DNA from: Chrysemys picta bellii
Lineage: Eukaryota
Direction: 5' to 3'
Assembly: GCF_011386835.1 (NCBI RefSeq)
Contig: NC_088811.1
Coordinates: 2,356,001-2,420,000 of the forward strand
DNA length: 64,000 bases
Below, piece after piece: positions 62,603 to 64,000 of this stretch (the first letter of the stretch is position 1; each line of letters begins with the position of its first letter). The translations under genes were made by a program, and so were the position numbers. A model generated the notes under the pieces. It made no database searches. It had not been told where the DNA came from and was given only the letters and a program-made list of their open reading frames with translations.

Positions 62603-63456
62603 TAGGGTTACCATATTTTGTGCCTCCAAATGGAGGACACTCCAAGGCCCACGGCCCCGCCCCCAGCCCCGCCTACACCCCTGCCCAACCCCGCCCCCTC
62701 CCCAAAGTCTCCGCCCCCTCCCCTGCTTCCCGCGAATATTTGATTCGCGGGAAGCCTAAAGCAGGTAAGGGGGGTGTGGGGGGAGGAGGCGCGGCCCAGG
62801 CTGGCCCCCCGGCTTTTCCAGCCTGGGTCAGCTCGGGCCCTGGGGTGCCGGCCCCGGCAGACCACCCCCGGCCCGCCCAGCACTGCCGGCCCCCGGCAGC
62901 CCGGCAAACCCCCGGCTCCCCGCCGGCCCGGCTCCCTGCGGGCCCGGCTGACGCGGCTCCCCGCCCGCCGGGGTCCCCGCGGGCCCGGCCGACTTTGCTC
63001 CCCACCCGCCGGGGTCCCCGCGGGCCCGACCGACCCGGCTCCCCGCCGGCCGGGGTCCCCGCGGGCCCGGCCGACCCGGCTCCCCGCCCGCCGGGGTCCC
63101 CGCGGGCCCGGCCGACCCGGCTCCCCGCCGGCCCGGCAGACGCGGCTCCCCGCCGGCCGGGGTCCCCGCGGGCCCGGCAGACGCGGCTCCCCGCCGGCCG
63201 GGGTCCCCGCGGGCCCGACTGACCCGGCTCCCCGCCGGCCGGGGTCCCCGCGGGCCCGGCCGACTTTGCTCCCCGCCCGCCGGGGTCCCCGCGGGCCCGG
63301 CCGACTTTGCTCCCCGCCCGCCGGGGTCCCCGCCTGGCCCGGCTGACCTCCCGATTTTCCGGACATGCCCGGCTTTTGGGGATTTCCCCCCGGACGGGGA
63401 TTTGAGCCCCCAAAAGCCGGACATGTCCGGGAAAATCCGGACGTATGGTAACCCTA
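62603..63456. mobile_element. 854-bp non-autonomous hAT (Tip100-like) transposon carrying a minisatellite
   Basis: Perfect 13-bp TIR TAGGGTTACCATA and TATGGTAACCCTA. Perfect 8-bp TSD ATGCTGAG (62595-62602 and 63457-63464). Subterminal CCGGAC motif occurs four times near the right end. Confidence 0.93.
62950..63344. repeat. GC-rich 41-bp minisatellite, 10 units (one 25-bp and one 42-bp variant)
   Basis: Consensus GACCCGGCTCCCCGCCGGCCGGGGTCCCCGCGGGCCCGGCC. Units start at 62950, 62991, 63032, 63073, 63114, 63139, 63180, 63221, 63262 and 63303. Confidence 0.95.
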
Positions 63457-64000
63457 ATGCTGAGTGCTTTGTATTTTTGCTTATCAGTCTAATGCCAGTT
63501 AGTTTTCACATTTCTTTCATCTGCCTGGTAAAAGGGACGTCCTTTATTTGTGCAGCAAGTGGCTTGAATATGCTGCGTGAGGTGGGAACTACAATGAGGC
63601 ACCTAGACTGTCGCATTAGAGCCGGTTGCATTAAAAGTGTTATCTAATTTGTTCAAAGGACAAATCTGCTGGGAAAAGTATCGCCCTTTGGTAAGTTGGC
63701 CACATACATGTTTCCATTTATTTAGTAGGCATTTGTTATTCCTCGCTGCCCGTTTCATTCCCTTGCTGACACACAGTTAGGAAAAGGAGGCAGCAGATAG
63801 GTTTGTTTTCCTCGTCACTCTTTGGGATTTGGTCAGAGTTCTATAGGGCGTCCAGGATCCTGCCTTTCCCCCTTCTCCTCCACCTCATGGCTGGAGTCTC
63901 CTCTCTCACTCCTGCAGCCAATACCCTTCAGCTCAGCTGGCCTGGCATTCAGAAATGTTCTCTCTCCCAGGAAACCTGCCCCTTTGTTCCTCTCCCCTGA

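Noticed and set aside
62950-63344. CRISPR-like array
   Set aside because: The units are contiguous near-identical repeats with no unique spacers, there are no cas genes, and the DNA is vertebrate.
62608-63424. Five overlapping long ORFs (190-252 aa) with Pro/Gly/Arg/Ala-rich, collagen-like repeats
   Set aside because: They lie inside a TSD-bounded transposon. The 41-bp unit is not a multiple of 3, and the GC-rich repeat is nearly devoid of stop codons on both strands, so the ORFs are compositional artefacts.
1-64000. The remaining 60-150 aa ORFs in the supplied track
   Set aside because: They are short, many start at non-ATG codons, they occur evenly on both strands and often overlap repeats. 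None resembles a protein family I recognise, so no gene symbol is assigned.

Overview
Eukaryotic (vertebrate) non-coding DNA, almost certainly from a turtle. The evidence is three tRNA-derived tortoise-type PolIII SINEs with CR1-derived tails, CR1 and L2 LINE fragments, MIR/CORE-SINEs and Penelope-like elements. I could not recognise any host protein-coding gene, rRNA, true tRNA or CRISPR array, so the window reads as a large intron or intergenic DNA. The only ORFs with recognisable protein similarity are transposon-derived: CR1 ORF2 C-termini (about 17.3-18.0 kb and 56.4 kb), an L2 ORF2 C-terminus (55.3-55.5 kb) and a Penelope GIY-YIG endonuclease domain (31.5-32.0 kb). Several insertions can be bounded exactly by TIRs and TSDs read from the sequence: hAT-type elements with 8-bp TSDs, a Tc1/mariner MITE with TA TSD and a solo LTR with a 5-bp TSD. 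The most interesting signals are: (i) two minimal hammerhead-ribozyme motifs in the Penelope tails, with compensatory stem I differences between the copies; (ii) an 854-bp hAT element carrying a CpG-rich 41-bp minisatellite, a perfect hairpin and subterminal CCGGAC motifs; (iii) repeated MITE insertion at the same TTAA position of MIR cores; (iv) a hAT MITE family with an internal tRNA-like segment. These mostly belong to known element classes, and I do not claim a new biological system. A few splice-site-bounded exon candidates are listed at low confidence. All family names come from by-eye pattern recognition, not database searches.
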